Below are positions 37,763 to 48,672 of a stretch of 64,000 bases of DNA, in pieces. Under the pieces are notes generated by a model that was not told where the DNA came from, made no database searches, and saw nothing but the letters and a program-made list of their open reading frames with translations. The translations under genes were made by a program, and so were the position numbers. Numbering within the stretch: the first letter of the stretch is position 1; the number at the start of each line of letters is the position of its first letter. The stretch covers positions 1,440,001 to 1,504,000 of the forward strand of contig CAWJCS010000006.1 of assembly GCA_963841435.1 (NCBI GenBank). Reading direction: 5' to 3'. Source of the stretch: an uncultured delta proteobacterium (GTDB taxonomy: Bacteria; Myxococcota_A; Polyangia; Polyangiales; Polyangiaceae).

Positions 37763-39199
37763 TCAGCCTTCGCCGCGCTTGATGCCGTACGTGCGGATCT
37801 TCTTGTGCAAGTTCGTGCGCTCGACGCCGAGCGTGACGGCCGCCTTGGAAACGTTCCACTCGAGCTCCATCAACGTGTCGACGATGTAGCGGCGCTCGGC
37901 GATTTCTCGATGCTCGCGCAACGTGGGGCGTTCACCGGGGGCACGGGAAGTGAGTGGCGCGGGGGTGTCGTCGTCTTCGTCGAAGGGGCTCTGGTGGGGG
38001 TCCTCGGGAAGGTCCGCGATCGTGATAACGTCGCCTGCAAGAATCACGGCGCGCTCGACGACGTTCTTCAGCTCCCGCACGTTGCCGGGAAAGCTCCGTA
38101 GCGTGAGCGCCTCGAGCACCCTCGGCTCGATCTTTTTCGTCTTGAGGCCGTTTTCCTGGCAGAAAGCGGCGACGAAGGCCTGGGCGAGCTGTGGAATGTC
38201 CTCGCGTCGCTCGCGCAATGCCGGACAGCGCATCGGGAAAACCTCGAGACGAAAATAGAGGTCCTCGCGGAAGCCGCCGCTGGCAACCTCCTTGGTGAGG
38301 TCCTTGTTCGTGGCTGCGAGCACGCGCACGTCGACCCGCAGGACTTGCTCCGAACCGAGCCGCACGATCTCCCCGTTTTGCAGGGCGCGTAGCACCTTGG
38401 CCTGCGCCACGAGATCCATGTCGCCGATCTCGTCCAAAAACAGCGTGCCGCCGTGCGCTTGCTCGAAGAGGCCTCGCTTTCTGGCCTGTGCGCCGGTGAA
38501 GGCCCCGCGCTCGTGCCCGAACAGCTCGCTCTCGATCAGATCGCGCGGGATGGCGGCGCAGTTGACGCGGACGAACGACTCGTCGCGGCGCGGGCTCAGG
38601 CGGTGGATGGCGCGGCTCACGAGCTCCTTGCCGGTGCCGCTCTCACCCGTGATGAGCACGCTGGCGCGCGTCGGCGCCACCTTGTCGATCTGCTGGTACA
38701 CCCGCTGCATCGAAGCGCTGGTGCCGATCATCTCGTAGCGGGTCTCGAGCTCGGCCCGCAGCCTCGTGACCGTGCGACTCAGGCGCGCGGTGCGCACCGA
38801 GTTGCCGACGCTCACGAGGATGCGCTCGCGATTCAGCGGCTTCTCGAAGAAATCGCTCGCGCCGAGCTTGATCGCCAAGACCGCGTCCTGGACGGTCGCG
38901 TGACCGCTCACGACGATGACCGGCAGCTCGCGCGTCGCCTCTTCGGCGCGCAGCCGCTCGAGCACCTGAAGGCCGCTCAGGCCCGGCAGCTTCAGATCGA
39001 GCACCGCGACGTCGATCGGCCTGTCGGCGCGGGCGAGCGCCTCGAGTGCCTGCTCCCCGGACTCGGCCTCGACCACCTGGTAGCCGTCGCCGCCGAGCAC
39101 CATCGACAAGGTGCGGCGAATGTTCTTCTCGTCGTCCACGACGAGCACGGTGGTCCGTGCGGGGGACAGCGGGTTCTGCTCGTGCGGCGCTTCGCTCAT
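37763..39199 (-). CDS. Sigma54-dependent response regulator (NtrC/NtrX family)
   Basis: Receiver domain (VVDDE, LDLKLP), GESGTGKE, GAFTGA, FREDLYFRL and a Fis-type HTH. Confidence 0.95.
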   Translation of the reverse strand: MSEAPHEQNPLSPARTTVLVVDDEKNIRRTLSMVLGGDGYQVVEAESGEQALEALARADRPIDVAVLDLKLPGLSGLQVLERLRAEEATRELPVIVVSGHATVQDAVLAIKLGASDFFEKPLNRERILVSVGNSVRTARLSRTVTRLRAELETRYEMIGTSASMQRVYQQIDKVAPTRASVLITGESGTGKELVSRAIHRLSPRRDESFVRVNCAAIPRDLIESELFGHERGAFTGAQARKRGLFEQAHGGTLFLDEIGDMDLVAQAKVLRALQNGEIVRLGSEQVLRVDVRVLAATNKDLTKEVASGGFREDLYFRLEVFPMRCPALRERREDIPQLAQAFVAAFCQENGLKTKKIEPRVLEALTLRSFPGNVRELKNVVERAVILAGDVITIADLPEDPHQSPFDEDDDTPAPLTSRAPGERPTLREHREIAERRYIVDTLMELEWNVSKAAVTLGVERTNLHKKIRTYGIKRGEG

Positions 39200-39226
39200 C
39201 TGGGCCCTCCGAGCACCCCCGCCGCG

Positions 39227-40084
39227 TCAATTCACGGGGCGGGGCGACGCCCCACGGGCGTCGAGCACCGCGAGCAATCGGGTCGCCGGCTCGACGAACG
39301 GGCTTGCCGGATAGTCCGAGAGCACGCGCTTCAAGGCCTTGCGGGCCTTCGCGGGATCCTTTTGCTTCATGTAGATCTCGCCGAGCAGGACGAGGGTCTC
39401 CGCCTCGAGTCCGGTTCGATCGAACGCGTTGAGCGCGTGCTCGCAGCGCGCCACGGCAGCGGGAAACTCGTCACGCGCGAGGTAGAAGCGCGCAACGTAG
39501 AGCTCGTGGCGACCGAGCAACCCCACGACGACTGCCCGCATGTAGCGCAGCTCCGCGTCGTAGGGGCTCTTCGGGTAATCCACGAAAAACTCGCGAATCG
39601 TCGCGAGCGCGTCGTTCACGGCCGCCAGGTCGCGCTCCTCGAGCGGGGGCATCAGCACGGACTGGCTCACCGACTGATACTGGGCCTTGGCGACGTGGAA
39701 GCGCGCATAGGGCACCTCCGGGTCGTTCGGGTAGTCGTGGGTGAACGCCTTGTAGCCGGTGACGGCTTCGGCAAACTTCTCCTGCGCCAGATCGGCGTCC
39801 GCGAGCCTGAGCTCCGCGAGGCGCGCGTAGCGGCTATAGCCGTACTTGCGACGCACCTCACCGAGCGTCTCCGCGGCGCCCTCCCAGTTCTCGGACTCGA
39901 CCTCGCTCACGCCCTTCTCGTACTCGCGGCGTGCGTTCTCGGTGTACTCGAGGGCCGATTGGGGCGGTCGCGCGGGCTCCGCGCACGCCGTGAGGAAGAG
40001 GGCGCCCAGCAGGGCGGCGAGCACCCCCGTCGAGACGCCGGGCAGCCTGAGGGCTGCCAGCGAGACGCGTGATCCGGTGGGCAT
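39227..40084 (-). CDS. bamD: Outer membrane protein assembly lipoprotein BamD
   Basis: LTA-C lipobox, [21 protein letters not shown] and HELYVARFY...AAVAR motifs. Confidence 0.88.
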   Translation of the reverse strand: MPTGSRVSLAALRLPGVSTGVLAALLGALFLTACAEPARPPQSALEYTENARREYEKGVSEVESENWEGAAETLGEVRRKYGYSRYARLAELRLADADLAQEKFAEAVTGYKAFTHDYPNDPEVPYARFHVAKAQYQSVSQSVLMPPLEERDLAAVNDALATIREFFVDYPKSPYDAELRYMRAVVVGLLGRHELYVARFYLARDEFPAAVARCEHALNAFDRTGLEAETLVLLGEIYMKQKDPAKARKALKRVLSDYPASPFVEPATRLLAVLDARGASPRPVN

Positions 40085-40207
40085 TGGGACCGGTCCGTAG
40101 CTTCTCGGGACCGGCGCGGCAAGCCGCCTGGCTCGGGGACCGGGTCGGGGGCGATTCGGGCTGGCGCGGGCCGGACGGGCGGAGGTAAAGAGGGAAGCGA
40201 GCCTCGG

Positions 40208-40681
40208 ATGCACGACAAGGTACCGATGACGCCGCACGGGGCGCAAAAGCTCAAGGACGAGCTCGTGCGCCTCAAGGAAGAACGCCCCAGGATCTCGCGT
40301 GAGATCGGGGTGGCGCGCGAGCACGGTGACCTCAGCGAGAACGCGGAGTACCACGCCGCCAAGGAGCGACAGGGCCTCGTCGAGGCCCGCATCAAGGACA
40401 TCGAGGACAAGCTTTCCCGTGCCGAGGTGATCGACCCGGCGAAGCTCGGCGGTGACCGCGTGCGCTTCGGGGCGACCGTCGTGCTCACGAACCTCGACAC
40501 CGACGAGGAGAGCACTTATCGAATCGTCGGCGCCGACGAGGCCGACGTCGATCAAGGATTGATCTCCGTGTCCGCGCCGCTTGCGCGCGCGCTGATCGGC
40601 AAGTCGATTGGCGACGAGGTCGTCGTTCAGCTCCCGGCGGGCACGCGCCGCTACGAGATCGGCAGCATCGAGTTTCACTGA
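40208..40681 (+). CDS. greA: Transcription elongation factor GreA
   Basis: [18 protein letters not shown] and [14 protein letters not shown] motifs. Confidence 0.97.
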   Translation: MHDKVPMTPHGAQKLKDELVRLKEERPRISREIGVAREHGDLSENAEYHAAKERQGLVEARIKDIEDKLSRAEVIDPAKLGGDRVRFGATVVLTNLDTDEESTYRIVGADEADVDQGLISVSAPLARALIGKSIGDEVVVQLPAGTRRYEIGSIEFH

Positions 40682-40689
40682 CCCGAAGC

Positions 40690-43600
40690 GTGATCCGGCG
40701 CGTCGCTGTCTTCGTCCTCACGGCGCAGGTCTTCGCCCTCGCGGAGCTCGGCGTGGTGCTCTTCGTCGAGCAGGGGCGTATCGCGAGCGTGTGGGAGAGC
40801 CACATGGGGGCGATCTGGCTCGCGCCGACGCTGCTCGTGGCGGCGGCCCTCGTCGGTGCCTTCGCCGCTTTTTTCGACCGCGCGCTCTTCGGCCCCCGGC
40901 CTCTTCATCGGCTTGTCAGCGGCGTGCTCACGGGCGTGCTCGGGCTTTTGGTGGGCTACGGTGTGGGCGGCGGGCGCCATCTCGAAAAACCCGGAATACG
41001 GCTGGGTTTCGCGCTTCTCGTGGCCGCACTGGGGGTCTTCACGGTGCTCGCGCTACGCGGGCCCGCCGCTCGACTGAGGGAGCGCCGGCCGCTTCTTTTC
41101 TCGGGCCTGCTCTTCGCGGCCGGCATGGTCGGCGAGCTCGTCAACCGCTTCGTGCTCGTGCGGCTGTACCCTGCCTTCCACGCCGGGCTCGGCGTGCTTT
41201 CGCTCGTGTTTGCGTCGCTCGCGCTCGGCCCCTTCGCGCTGAAGCTCGCGGCCCCGCGGCGTCCCATCGTGTGGCTCTCGCTCGGCGCGGCGCTGCTCGT
41301 CGTGCTCGCGCTCGCGATCGTGCCCTCGGCTCGCCGCCTCGCCCACTTCGATAACTTCCGGCTCGTGCTGCTCGACGCGGCGCCGCTCGCGGGGCAGGCC
41401 GTGGCGCTCGCCGCGTTCGTCTCGCCGCCGCCGCCCTGGCAAAACGATGTCTGCGCCGACGCCCCGGATTGCGCCGAGGCAAAGCCGCCCGCCGCCGGCT
41501 CCCACGCGCTCGACCTCCGCGGCCGGGACATCTTGCTCGTCACGATCGACGCGCTACGCGCCGACCATGTCGGCGCTTACGGCTACCGTCGCCCGACCAC
41601 GCCCAACATCGACAAGCTCGCGCAGAGCGGCGTCGTGTTCGAGCACGCCTATACCCCGACGCCGCACACCTCCTATGCCGTCACCTCACTGATGACGGGC
41701 AAATACATGCGCCCCCTGTTGCTGCAGGGGATGGGCGCCGATTCGGACACCTTCGCGGGGCTCCTGCGCACGTACGGCTACCGCACGGCCGCGTTCTACC
41801 CGCCCGCCGTGTTCTTCATCGACGCCGCGCGCTTCAAGAGCTTCAGCGACCGCGCGCTCGACTTCGAGTATCGCTGGGTCGAGTTTACCGAAGGACCGGC
41901 GCGCGTGGCTCAGGTCGAGCGGTATCTTTCCGAAACGAAGCCCGAGCACCGGCTCTTTCTGTGGGTGCACCTGTTCGCGCCGCACGAGCCGTACGAGGCC
42001 CATCCCGAGCACCCCTTCGGCGATCGGGACGTCGACCGCTACGACGCGGAGGTGGCTTTCGCCGACGCGACCCTGGGCGCCATCGTGAAGGATTTTCGGC
42101 GCCTCCGGCCGAGCTCGCTCGTCATGGTCACCGCGGATCACGGCGAAGAGTTCGGCGACCACGGCGGGCACTACCATGGCACCACGGTGTACGAGGAGCA
42201 GGTGCGCGTGCCGCTCGTCGTGGCCGGTGAGGGCCTCGAGACGCGCCGCGTCCGTGAGCCCGTTTCGCTGGTCGATCTCTTGCCGACGGTGCTCGCCGGG
42301 CTCGAAATCCCCCGTCCACCGCGGCTGCGCGGCAGAGACCTCGGGCCGCTGCTCGTCGGCAAGGTCGGCGAGGGGCGGGGGCTCGCGTACGCCGAGACGG
42401 AGCAGCAGGCTTTGCTCGCCAGTGGCCCGCTCCGGCTGCTCTGCCAGCGACGCATCGGCGCCTGCGAGCTCTTCGATCTGGCCGCCGATCCCGGCGAGAC
42501 CCAGGATAAATCGGCTGAGCGCCCGCGCGAGCGCGACGCGCTGCGCAAGAGGCTTGCCGAGATTGGCGCGTCGCACGGTCGCTACGAGGTGGGCGGGCTG
42601 CGTGCCGAAGGCAAGGGTTGGCCGGCTCCGATACGGCGGGCGCTGGCGGGTGACGGTGACGCCGCGCCCGAGCTTGCCGAGTTGCTCGAAGACGCCGATC
42701 TCGAGGTGCGCAAGAAGGCGGCAGAGCTGCTGTTCGAGCTGCGTCGCCCCGAATCGGCCCCGGCGCTCCGGCTCTCGCTCGCCCGCGAAGAGAACGCCGG
42801 CGTGCGGGCCTGGGAGGCGCTCGCGCTCACGCGGCTGGGGCAGGGCGCACCGCTGGTCGCCGAGCTGCTCGACGGGCCGGACCGACGGCTCTCGCGCCTC
42901 GCGGCTCTGGCCCTTGGCGAAGCGGGTGACCGGCGCGGCGAAGCGCTGCTCGTCGCGTGGTGGCAAGACCCAGAGCCTCGCGATTTCGAACGCTCGCGCC
43001 AGATCCTGGAAGTGTTCGGTGCCCTTCGCACGAAGAGCGCCGTGTGGCCACTCGTGCAGAGCCTCTCCGACGTGCGGCTGCGGCCGTACATCGCCCGCGT
43101 CCTCGCGCGCATCGGGGACGACATCGCGCTGAACCCCCTGCTTACGGCGTTCGCCGACGAGCGGCTCTCGAGCACGCGCGTGGCGCTCGCTGAAGCGCTC
43201 GTGGAGCTCGGGGCGCGGGAGGAGCTCGCCGTGTCGCTGCGCCGCTTCCTCGGCGTGCCGGACCCACTCCCGGGAGGGCTTGCGATCGCCGAGCGCGCGC
43301 GGATCCTCGAGTACGTCGGGGGACCGAAGCCGCGCGACCTCACGAGGCTCAGGCAAAACGCGGGTCTGGGTCAGGCCATCGAGGTCGTCGTGCCCGTCGG
43401 CGACGCCGCGCGCGGGTTGCGCGTCCTCGTGCGCGCCAAGAGCGCCGGCCCGACGCCGGGCGAGGTGATCGTGCAGCTCGGGCAGGCACCTCATCACCTT
43501 CGATCGCGAGGGCAAGGCCAAACGCCGCCGCGGCGTCCCACCGCTCGACTCCGAGCGGGCGGTCCGGGTCACCATCCCCGTGGGCGAGGAGCCCGTCGAG

Positions 43601-43753
43601 GTGGCAGCTCCCGTCCCCTCGAGCCTCGGCCTGAGGCCCGGCGTCAGCGCGGACCTGGTGGTCTACGCGAGCACGGGCGTGACGCTTTCCTCCCTCGCCG
43701 TGCTCCCGCTCAGAGAAGAGCTGCCGCCCCCGCCCCCCAAGCCGTGGAAGTAG
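40690..43753 (+). CDS. Multi-TM alkaline-phosphatase/sulfatase-superfamily protein with HEAT repeats (frameshift at ~43481)
   Basis: About 7 TM segments, then TIDALRADH, TPHTSYA, PHEPY, YDAEV, TADHGE and HEAT-like repeats. Removing one G gives HLITFDREG...PPPPPKPWK* at 43753 and removes the overlap with the next gene. Confidence 0.82.
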
Positions 43754-43778
43754 GGGTTTTGTGGTATAGGGCCCCGCC

Positions 43779-44846
43779 GTGCCCAAGGAAGATCAGGCCG
43801 CCCAGACGGGAACCGAAGGCGTTCGGGACCGGAACAAGCGCATCCGCGACGAGGCCGCCGCCAAGCGCCGCCGCAAGCGCGAGTCCGAGACGCGAACGGC
43901 AGCGGCTCGCGGCGCGCTCGATGCGAGTGAGCTCGTCAACGATGCCCTCGCGCGCGGCACGCACAAGGCCACGAGCTTCCTCAAAGATCACTTCAATGTC
44001 ATCCAGTGGGTCGTGGTGCTCGGGGTCGCGGGGGGCATCGGCTACCAGATCTACGTGCATCAACGCGACAAGAAGAACGCGACGACCACCGATCAGCTCA
44101 TGAGTGGCGTTGTCGCAGAAAACGCCCGTGTGGGTGCGGCGTCGGGTGAGCCGGATGCCATCACGGGCATCGAGGACCCGAGGCCGGTCTTTGCCGATCA
44201 GACGGCGCGCCTGAAGGCGGCGGAGAAGGCGTATCGGGCCGCGCTCGGCCCCGACGCGAAGGGCACTCTCGCGCACCTCGGTCTCGCCGGAGTGCTCTAC
44301 GACCTCGGAAAATTCCAGGAAGCGCTCGGCGAGTATCGCATCGTGCGCCAGAGCAAGCTGTCCGAGACCGATGCCGACGCCCGGTGTCGCTCCATCGAGG
44401 GCGCGGGCATGAGCGAGGAAGGGCTCGACCACCTCGACGCCGCACTGAAGGCCTATGGCGAGCTCGCCAGTAGCGACGTCGTGGGTTTCGCGCCGCTCGG
44501 CCAGTACCACCAGGCGCGCATCTACCAGAAGAAGGGCGACGTCGAGAAGGCGAAGTCTTTGTTGAAGGAAGCGCTGCAAAAGCTCGAAAAGAATCGAACT
44601 CCTGGCGAGATGCCAACCTTCACCGAGCAGGCGGCGCGTGACTTCTTGCTGAGCATCGACCCGAGCGCTGCGCTCGCGCAGAATGCGGCAAGCCTGACCC
44701 CCGAGCAGCTCCAGGCGCTCACCGAGCAGGCGGGCGGCGACGGTGACGCGAGCATCGACCGCGAAAAACTCAACAAGCTTCTCAAGCAGCTCACCCAGAA
44801 GCAAGCGCCAGCCGCGCCGTCCGGCGCGCCGTCGAGCAAGCCTTGA
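43779..44846 (+). CDS. YfgM-like membrane-anchored TPR protein
   Basis: Single TM segment after FLKDH, TPR-like helices, directly upstream of the BamB-like gene. Confidence 0.7.
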   Translation: MPKEDQAAQTGTEGVRDRNKRIRDEAAAKRRRKRESETRTAAARGALDASELVNDALARGTHKATSFLKDHFNVIQWVVVLGVAGGIGYQIYVHQRDKKNATTTDQLMSGVVAENARVGAASGEPDAITGIEDPRPVFADQTARLKAAEKAYRAALGPDAKGTLAHLGLAGVLYDLGKFQEALGEYRIVRQSKLSETDADARCRSIEGAGMSEEGLDHLDAALKAYGELASSDVVGFAPLGQYHQARIYQKKGDVEKAKSLLKEALQKLEKNRTPGEMPTFTEQAARDFLLSIDPSAALAQNAASLTPEQLQALTEQAGGDGDASIDREKLNKLLKQLTQKQAPAAPSGAPSSKP

Positions 44847-46129
44847 GCTCCGCGGCCCCGCCTCGCGCTGGACGCGCTAGCCGCTTTGCGGCGGCGCTGC
44901 TCGTCGCCACGGGCTGCAGCACCGTCGGGGGTGGGGCGCATCCGGATTTGCCCCCGTTCCTGCAGCGTCCGAACGGCGCGCTGTCCATCGTGTACCAGCG
45001 GCCGCTACTCGCGTCGTCGCGCATCTCGGGCGAGCCCTACGAGCGCGGGCAGGCCGAGATCGATCCGACCCACTTCAGGGTCTTCGTCGGCTCGAGCGAC
45101 CGCGGGCTCTACGCGCTCCGGGCCGAGGACGGCACCGTGCTCTGGCGCTTCGAGACCCTCGGCTTCGTGCAGTGCGCCCCGCTCTACGATCCTTCGGAAG
45201 ACGTCGTGTACTTCGGGTCCAACGACGGGGCGCTCTACAAGATCCGGGCGTCGAACGGCGCCTTGATGTGGCGCTTCATGACCAACGCCGAGGTCAGCCG
45301 CCGGCCCATCCTCAGCGGGGGACTTCTCTACGTCGCGAACGCCAACGACACCGTGCTCGCGATCGAGCCCGCGACCGGCAAGCTCCGCTGGCACCAGCAC
45401 CGGACGCCCGCCATGGGCATGGAAGTCGCCGGCTATTCGGGCATCGCCCTGTCGCGCGGCAAGATCTATTCGGGTTTCAGCGATGGGACGGTGCTCGCGT
45501 TCGATGCGCTCACGGGCGCCGAGCGCTGGACTCCCGTCGATCTCGCGGCCGAGGTCGAGGCGAACACGGGCGAGGTGCCCCAGTACCTCGACGTCGATAC
45601 GACGCCCGTGCCGTACACCGTCACCGCGGGCCCCGTGGTGTTCGTCGCCAGCTATGCGGGCGGGGCGTTCGCGCTCGACGCCGACACGGGCACCCAGGTG
45701 TGGTCGAACCCTGGCGTGCTCGGCGTTGCCGAGCTCGTGCTCTGGTCGGAGCCGGCCCACCGCGGCCCGGACGGCGTGGAGCGCCCCCGGAAGTCGCTGT
45801 TGCTCGCCGCGAGCGGGACGACGGGCCTCTGGGCGCTCGATCCGGAGACCGGCAGCGAGGTCTGGCGCCGAGAGCTTCCCACGGGAGGCGTTTCGGCGCC
45901 GGTCCCCATCGAGGGCGCTCTGCTCGTCTCCACGTCGCGCCTCGGCGTCTTTCTCATTTCGCCGCGCGGCGGCGAGCTCATCGACGGTATCCACATGGCG
46001 GACGGGTCCGCCATGACCCCGGCGGCGTTCGGCACCCGCGCCTTCGTGCTCACGAACGGCGGCCGATTGCTCGCGCTCCGGGTTGCCCCGCCGTACGGCA
46101 TGCTCGAGCCGCAGCGCTCGCCGCTCTGA
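44843..46129 (+). CDS. PQQ-like beta-propeller lipoprotein (BamB-like)
   Basis: ATG-C lipobox and repeated A-x-D-x-x-T-G-x-x-x-W blade motifs. Confidence 0.82.
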   Translation: MSSAAPPRAGRASRFAAALLVATGCSTVGGGAHPDLPPFLQRPNGALSIVYQRPLLASSRISGEPYERGQAEIDPTHFRVFVGSSDRGLYALRAEDGTVLWRFETLGFVQCAPLYDPSEDVVYFGSNDGALYKIRASNGALMWRFMTNAEVSRRPILSGGLLYVANANDTVLAIEPATGKLRWHQHRTPAMGMEVAGYSGIALSRGKIYSGFSDGTVLAFDALTGAERWTPVDLAAEVEANTGEVPQYLDVDTTPVPYTVTAGPVVFVASYAGGAFALDADTGTQVWSNPGVLGVAELVLWSEPAHRGPDGVERPRKSLLLAASGTTGLWALDPETGSEVWRRELPTGGVSAPVPIEGALLVSTSRLGVFLISPRGGELIDGIHMADGSAMTPAAFGTRAFVLTNGGRLLALRVAPPYGMLEPQRSPL

Positions 46130-46136
46130 GGGCCAG

Positions 46137-47348
46137 TTGGACGGGCTGCCCAGACCGCCTTCGCTGCTTTCGACACCGGCTGGGCCCTTGATCGTGCCGG
46201 CGTCGGGCGACGCTTCCTCCGGCATCCGTCTCTCGCTGGTCATTCCGACCTACAACGAATCGCAGAACCTCGGACGCCTCGTCGAACAGCTCGACGCGCT
46301 CCTCGCGCCGGTGCTGCCGAACGCCTACGAGCTCATCGTCGTGGATGACGACAGCCCAGATCGCACCTGGGAGGCGGCTTTGCTGCTCGCCCAGGACCAC
46401 CCGTCGCTCAGGGTCATCCGCCGCGTGGGCGAGCGTGGCCTTTCGACCGCCATCATTCGAGGCTGGCAGGCTGCTCGCGGTGAGGTTCTGGGAGTGATGG
46501 ACGCCGATCTGCAGCACCCGCCGGACGCGAACCTGAACCTGCTTCGGGAGATGGACCGCGGCGCCGATCTGGCCGTGGCGAGTCGCCACGTCGAGGGAGG
46601 GGGAGTCAGCGAGTGGAGCTTGTCGCGACGCATCCTTTCGCGGGGAGCGCAGCTCATCGGGCTGCTCGCACTGCCGGGGGTGCTCGGACGACTCAGCGAC
46701 CCGATGAGCGGGTACTTCATGATCCGCCGCCACGCGCTTGCGGGGGTGGAGCTCAATCCGCTCGGCTACAAAATCCTCATCGAAGTCGTCGCTCGCGGCA
46801 AGGTGCCGTGGATCAGCGACACGGGCTACGTCTTCCACGAGCGCTCGGAGGGGAAGTCCAAGGTCACTTGGCGGCTCTACCTGGAGTTTCTCAGGCATCT
46901 GATCCGCCTGCGGTGGGCAACCCTGCCACAGTCCTACCTGATCCGGTTCTGCCTCGTTGGAGCGATCGGCGTGGTGGTCGACATGGGCCTGCTCTTCGTG
47001 CTGAGCGATCCCAAGATGCTGGGCCTCGGCCTCACGCGCAGCAAGGTCATGGCGGCAGAGGCAGCTATCGTGAACAACTTCCTGTGGAACGACGCGTGGA
47101 CGTTCCGTGCCCTCGCCCTCGCGTCCCCCGGCTTGCGCGCCAAGACCCGGCGATTCCTGGGCTACAACGCGATCTGCCTCGCAGGGGTCGTCCTCAACGT
47201 CTTGATCCTGAACGCGCTCTACAATTTCGCGCACGTGAATCGCTACGTGGCGAACGCCATCGCCATCGTGATGGTCACGGGATGGAATTACTGGCTAAAC
47301 CGGACCCTCAACTGGGCACCGGCTCGTTCGACACGAGGGCGGCGCTGA
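46137..47348 (+). CDS. GT2 polyprenol-phosphate mannose synthase-like enzyme fused to a GtrA-like domain
   Basis: IPTYNE, VDDDSPD, MDADLQHPP, DPMSGYF, GYKILIE and R..GKSK, followed by a 4-TM GtrA region (RFCLVG, NNFLWND.WTF). Start uncertain. Confidence 0.9.
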   Translation: MDGLPRPPSLLSTPAGPLIVPASGDASSGIRLSLVIPTYNESQNLGRLVEQLDALLAPVLPNAYELIVVDDDSPDRTWEAALLLAQDHPSLRVIRRVGERGLSTAIIRGWQAARGEVLGVMDADLQHPPDANLNLLREMDRGADLAVASRHVEGGGVSEWSLSRRILSRGAQLIGLLALPGVLGRLSDPMSGYFMIRRHALAGVELNPLGYKILIEVVARGKVPWISDTGYVFHERSEGKSKVTWRLYLEFLRHLIRLRWATLPQSYLIRFCLVGAIGVVVDMGLLFVLSDPKMLGLGLTRSKVMAAEAAIVNNFLWNDAWTFRALALASPGLRAKTRRFLGYNAICLAGVVLNVLILNALYNFAHVNRYVANAIAIVMVTGWNYWLNRTLNWAPARSTRGRR

Positions 47349-47380
47349 CGCTGCGGGGGGCGCCGCGATTGCCGCGGCGT

Positions 47381-48517
47381 TCACTCGATGGCGCCCAAGG
47401 CGAACTTCAGGTAGTCGCCCTCGGGAAAGGCAGGGAGCGAGGGGTGGTCCGCACCGGCGCCCCGCAGCGCTTCGAGCCGAAAATGGCGGCCGGCGGAGCG
47501 CACGCCGTCCCGGACGGACGCCAAGAACTCGTCACGCGGGAAGTGACTCGAGCACGAAGCGGGGCAGAACAGACCGCCCGGCTCGACCACGCGCGCCGCG
47601 AGCCCGTGCAGTCTTCGATAAGCGCGTCGCGCGGCGGGCAGGGTGCGCTCCGTCTTCGCGAAGCTCGGGGGATCGGAGATGACGATGTCCCAGCGCTCGC
47701 CATGCCGCGCCGCGCGCTCGAGGAACTCGAACGCGTCGCCGGCGAAGAAACCGGCACGCTCGATCGGTAGATGGTTCAGCGCGAAGTTGTCGCGCGCCGC
47801 GTCGAGCGCGGGGCGGGCCTGGTCCACGGTGTCCGTGCGTTCGGCACCGCCACGAGCCGCATAGAGCGAGAATCCGCCCGTGTAACCGAACAGGTTCAGG
47901 ACGCGACGCCCGCGCGAGCGCCGTTCGATTTCCGCGCGGTTCTCGCGCTGATCGAGGAAAAGTCCGCCTTTTTGGCCTATTCCGAGGTCCACCCGGAAAA
48001 AGAGGCCGTTCTCGAGCACGGTCCGAGGCTCCGCGTCCGAGCGCCGCTCCCGATCGACGACGCCGCGCAGCGGGAGGCCTGGCAGCATCTCGAGCAGCCG
48101 CGGCAGCCCGGCGTAGAACGCGCGAGCGCCGGCGCCGTCGAAGCGCACGCTCGCCAGGTCCGCGTAGACGTCCGCGTGCACGCCTGGGAGCCCGTCAGCT
48201 TCGCCGTGGACGAGGCGGAAAGCGTTCGTCGTCGACAAGTCGAGCCAGCGGAGTCGCCGCGCGAGCGCGGCTGCGAGGCGCTCCCGAACGAGCGCCTCGG
48301 GCTCGACGGGCGACGTGAGGCTGAGCACGCGCACGGCGATGGGACTGCGCGCGTCCCAGAAGCCCAGGGCGATCGGCGTTCGACGCCGGTCGCACACCGT
48401 GACCAGAGTGCCGTCGTCGAAGCTCGGTGCGGGCTCGAGCGCACGCCGATAGACCCACGGGTGGCCGAGACGCAGGCTCCGCTTGAGGTCCTTGGCGAGG
48501 ATGACGGTCGGAGCCAT
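47381..48517 (-). CDS. rlmI: RlmI-like SAM-dependent rRNA m5C methyltransferase
   Basis: GHPWVY PUA domain, HGEADGLPG, GQKGGLFLDQRENR, LNLFGYTGGF, DPPSFA, SCSSH and YLK motifs. Confidence 0.88.
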   Translation of the reverse strand: MAPTVILAKDLKRSLRLGHPWVYRRALEPAPSFDDGTLVTVCDRRRTPIALGFWDARSPIAVRVLSLTSPVEPEALVRERLAAALARRLRWLDLSTTNAFRLVHGEADGLPGVHADVYADLASVRFDGAGARAFYAGLPRLLEMLPGLPLRGVVDRERRSDAEPRTVLENGLFFRVDLGIGQKGGLFLDQRENRAEIERRSRGRRVLNLFGYTGGFSLYAARGGAERTDTVDQARPALDAARDNFALNHLPIERAGFFAGDAFEFLERAARHGERWDIVISDPPSFAKTERTLPAARRAYRRLHGLAARVVEPGGLFCPASCSSHFPRDEFLASVRDGVRSAGRHFRLEALRGAGADHPSLPAFPEGDYLKFALGAIE

Positions 48518-48596
48518 GGCTTGAGGGGCGCGAGGCCGAACGGCGCAGCGCCGTCGCGCGAAGCCGCAGGAATCTAGCCCCCTAAGCGCACACAGT

Positions 48597-48624
48597 GGAT
48601 CGCATAAGATACATTATGTAAACT
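48597..48624 (+). other. dif: dif-type XerC/XerD recombination site
   Basis: GGATCGCATAA-GATACA-TTATGTAAACT has the 11-6-11 layout of E. coli dif (GGTGCGCATAA-TGTATA-TTATGTTAAAT). It is intergenic and AT-rich against a GC-rich background. Confidence 0.85.
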
Positions 48625-48672
48625 AATGGGATCGGGGGCGCTGAGCGGAGCGTCCCGTCGAACCGGGAGCGC

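Noticed and set aside
43480-44103. Extended C-terminus of the 1137-aa ORF overlapping the yfgM-like gene
   Set aside because: It is Arg/Pro-rich off-frame sequence after a frameshift at ~43481. The true stop is probably 43753.
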